Shown in pieces: positions 61,124 to 64,000 of a stretch of DNA of 64,000 nt. Position 1 is the first letter of the stretch, and each line of letters begins with the position of its first letter. A program made the translations under genes and the position numbers. The notes under the pieces were generated by a model that was not told the DNA's origin, did not search any database, and was given only the letters and a program-made list of their open reading frames with translations. Origin of the DNA: Sphagnum compactum. Its lineage: Eukaryota. The stretch covers positions 26,030,213 to 26,094,212 of the forward strand of contig OZ234493.1 in NCBI GenBank assembly GCA_965153455.1. Reading direction: 5' to 3'.

Positions 61124-63637
61124 ATGGCAGGTGGTGAGGAAGTTGGAACGGGAGCCGTGGGAGTACCGAGTTCGGGAAATACGATCTCAACCGTCTTGGT
61201 GGTCATTGGTTCGTTCTTTCTCTTACTAGAATTGGTTCTAAGGGTTTAGAGGACATCATTGTTCCCTTTCACTAATGTAAACTTCGAATGCTTTCTTGCT
61301 TGCTGCTGCTGCTGCTTAACAGTTTTGTGTTACGGTATTGTACATACAAAACAGAGAGACAAAATTCTGTCATAAATTGCAAAGATGTGCTGTGTCTGTG
61401 TCTAAAACATCATCTTATTGCAGACTGACAGACCGGGGATTTTAATAATGCATTGACAATAAAAGTTGAATGTGCTTTGGGTTCACTTGACGGGGGTTAG
61501 CAATGCAGGCAGAAGCAATGCCGTTGGTACAAACATTACTGCTTACAGAAGAGGATGAGCCCTCAGTGTATGCTGTTTTATCTTGCCCAGGGGCTTACGA
61601 TCACTTCTGTGCTGGTAGCCATTACTTAAAATTGGATTGCTAGATTGAATTTCAGAAATGGTAAAAGGTTTAGTAGGGTTTAGTAGAACATAGATAGATA
61701 TAGCAGAGTGTGTGGAGGACAACTATAGAAGGTTCAGCTCCAGGATGACGATGATTAAGTTTTCACATTGGATTGCAGATTTCCAAAGGCTGTACCTTGG
61801 AAAAAGTACTCAGGAACTCATGAGGGTCTCTCTGTCCATGTTGTTGTCCCAGGAAAGGATTTCAATCTAGGTACAGTCTCTGCACCCATTGCTTCAATTT
61901 CACCATATCTTACATTTAGAGGATAATTCTGCAAGTATTGGTATGATGGAAATTCCTTAGGCAATGACAGTTGATAACATTCAATAGCTCACAGTGGTTA
62001 TTGTCATTGACTTGATTTTGTCTTTGTTATGTTCCATGCTACTAATCATGATGCAATAATTACTGCAGGGGTGGACAGTGTGGGAACAGTTCCAGTGTCA
62101 ATGTTGACATACGCATCCATTGTGTCTCTTCATCCTGATTTGATCATTAATGCAGGCACAGCTGGTGGATTCCAGGTCTCTAGATGTTACCTGCATTAGC
62201 ATACCTTGTGTGGCTAAATGTTCTGGTCATCTGTTTTGGAAATTGTCTTCAAACGCAAGGGATGATCTGTGATATTGATGCACTTAGCTTTGGTGGGAGG
62301 ACTTCATTGGAAGGATGCCTCTTATTGCCTAGAGACTTATATGATCTGGGGATTGTGGCATATTGACTGCAATTGATGTACTCACTGATATTCGTGGGCA
62401 TGGCAGTCAAAAGGTGCAGCTATAGGTGATGTATTTGTGGCAACCCAGTTTGCAAACCATGACCGTAGGATACCTGTTCCTGTATGTATTGACTATAGCG
62501 AATCCTCTCCTTGCCATTTTTTGTCAATGGACTCTGCATATTGGTGATAGTAGGTATTTGGTTGCTGCTGAAATGCTGTTGGGGTTGGTTATAGGTTTTT
62601 GATGAGTACGGGATTGGAACTCTTGGAGCCACTCCAATACCTAACCTTGTCAAAGCTCTTGCACTCAAGGTGGGTAAAAGTCACATATCAACACTGTACA
62701 TGCCTTCCATCATCTGTTGTGTGCATTTTAGTTGGTCTCCTTTCTTCAATCCACTTAAAGGTTTGTGCCCAATAATGTCCATAGCTTCTGTCATCTGTTG
62801 CATGCATCTAAGTTGGTCATGTTCCTTAATCCACTTCAAGGCTTGGCTCCAACAATGTTTTCCCCTTGCTTATAGTTCAGAGAGGACTCAACTGCCAGAA
62901 AACTCAATTTATGTTTGAAGGACTTCCATTCTAGATTGTTGCTGGAGGCATATGCATAAAAAAGCACCTTGCTTCTAGTCACATTCAGTGTACACTGTTG
63001 TTGAGAATCTGGATAGCCACACAGAGAGAGAAAGCCCTGAGCACCCACAAACCTTAAAATCTAGTACACCTGAAATGCTTTTCTTTATGCTGTGGCATTG
63101 GCAAACTTTTTCATGATCATCACCAGAATGACCATCACAGAGACTGAAGCTTATTTTATGTTGGTTACTGTTGGTAATACCAGGAGGGTAAGATGTCAAC
63201 AGGGAACTCCCTTGACATGACCCCACAGGATGAAGAGATCATAAAGGCTAATGATGCTACAATCAAGGACATGGAGGTCAGTTTCCATATCACTCGAAAG
63301 CACTTGCATGTACTCATTCATTGTGTGAAGTCTGTAATTGCAAATGTTTTGATGTGCAGTTGGTACCTGAGAAATCCTGTGAAGGAATTGGGTGCTACTG
63401 TGGTATGTCATGCATGAAAAGCATTTGTGTATGGTGTAGGGTGCTGCAGTAGCATATGTGGCTGACCTGTTCACAGTCCCTTTGATCGCACTGAAGGCTG
63501 TGACTGACATTGTGGATGGCAGCAAGCCCACAGTAGAGGAATTCTTAGAAAATATGTCAACAGCAGCAGCAGCACTATCTGCAATGGTACCCCGTGTTCT
63601 CAAGTACGTGAGTGGGAAGAAGATAGCTGATCTCTGA
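61124..63637 (+). CDS. MTN: 5'-methylthioadenosine/S-adenosylhomocysteine nucleosidase, 8 exons (61124-61208, 61501-61567, 61779-61870, 62069-62175, 62407-62481, 62595-62669, 63184-63276, 63440-63637), 263 aa
   Basis: IAMQAEA, GVDSVGTV, PDLIINAGTAGGF, HDRRIP, STGNSLD, IKDMEGAAVAYV, KAVTDIVDG and EEFLEN motifs. All introns are GT-AG; 792 nt in frame. Confidence 0.95.
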
Positions 63638-64000
63638 AAAGTTTTGTATCTGGAGAGACAAATCAGTGTGGGTGATTGCTCTAGGGAAGGGTGATTCAGT
63701 TTGTGTGATGTTGATTTTCTTGGTTCCAATTTTGGCAGGATTGAACACCAAAATTCACCTATTTTTTAACCAATCCATCTTCTCCATGGCAGTTAACATG
63801 AGATCCAATAGGTGGGATATTTATGCAACCAACAAAACAATCATGGATCTTACACTTCTACATTCAATTAGTTGATTATTTGTCTAACAGTCAAATCTAC
63901 AATGAGACTGCAAACATGAATAAAAAATTCTTTTTTGAGTTGTGTTGAAAGTCAAGATTACTCTTGGCACTTCAGGAAGTGGCTCAGTCTTTATTCCTGG

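Noticed and set aside
9205-63637. Ribokinase plus MTN as a nucleoside-salvage gene cluster
   Set aside because: They are about 50 kb apart with unrelated genes and TEs between, and methylthioribose is handled by a separate kinase family.

Overview
Eukaryotic, intron-containing land-plant DNA. Gene style and repeat landscape suggest a bryophyte, probably a Sphagnum-like moss (inference). The left part is gene-rich: first exon of a GPN2/QQT1 GTPase head-to-head with tRNA-Ser(GCT), an intronless DUF1997 gene, a decayed Myb/SANT (trihelix-like) ORF, a 5-exon ribokinase-like gene with a non-canonical GASD anion hole and no transit peptide, and an intronless CXIP4 zinc-knuckle gene. Downstream of CXIP4 lies a long, apparently spliced non-coding region holding three copies of a hairpin-rich module. 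About 30-60 kb is mostly transposon-derived. It includes a four-level nest (TA-flanked MITE > hAT with 8-bp TSD > Helitron-like element > young, GC-rich, 6-intron pogo-like DD37D element with perfect TIRs), an isolated intronless 301-aa membrane-protein ORF I cannot assign, CACTA-type MITEs and a truncated Ty3/gypsy element. The window ends with a complete 8-exon MTA/SAH nucleosidase (MTN) gene. All exon models and RNA pairings were read by eye; no searches were run.
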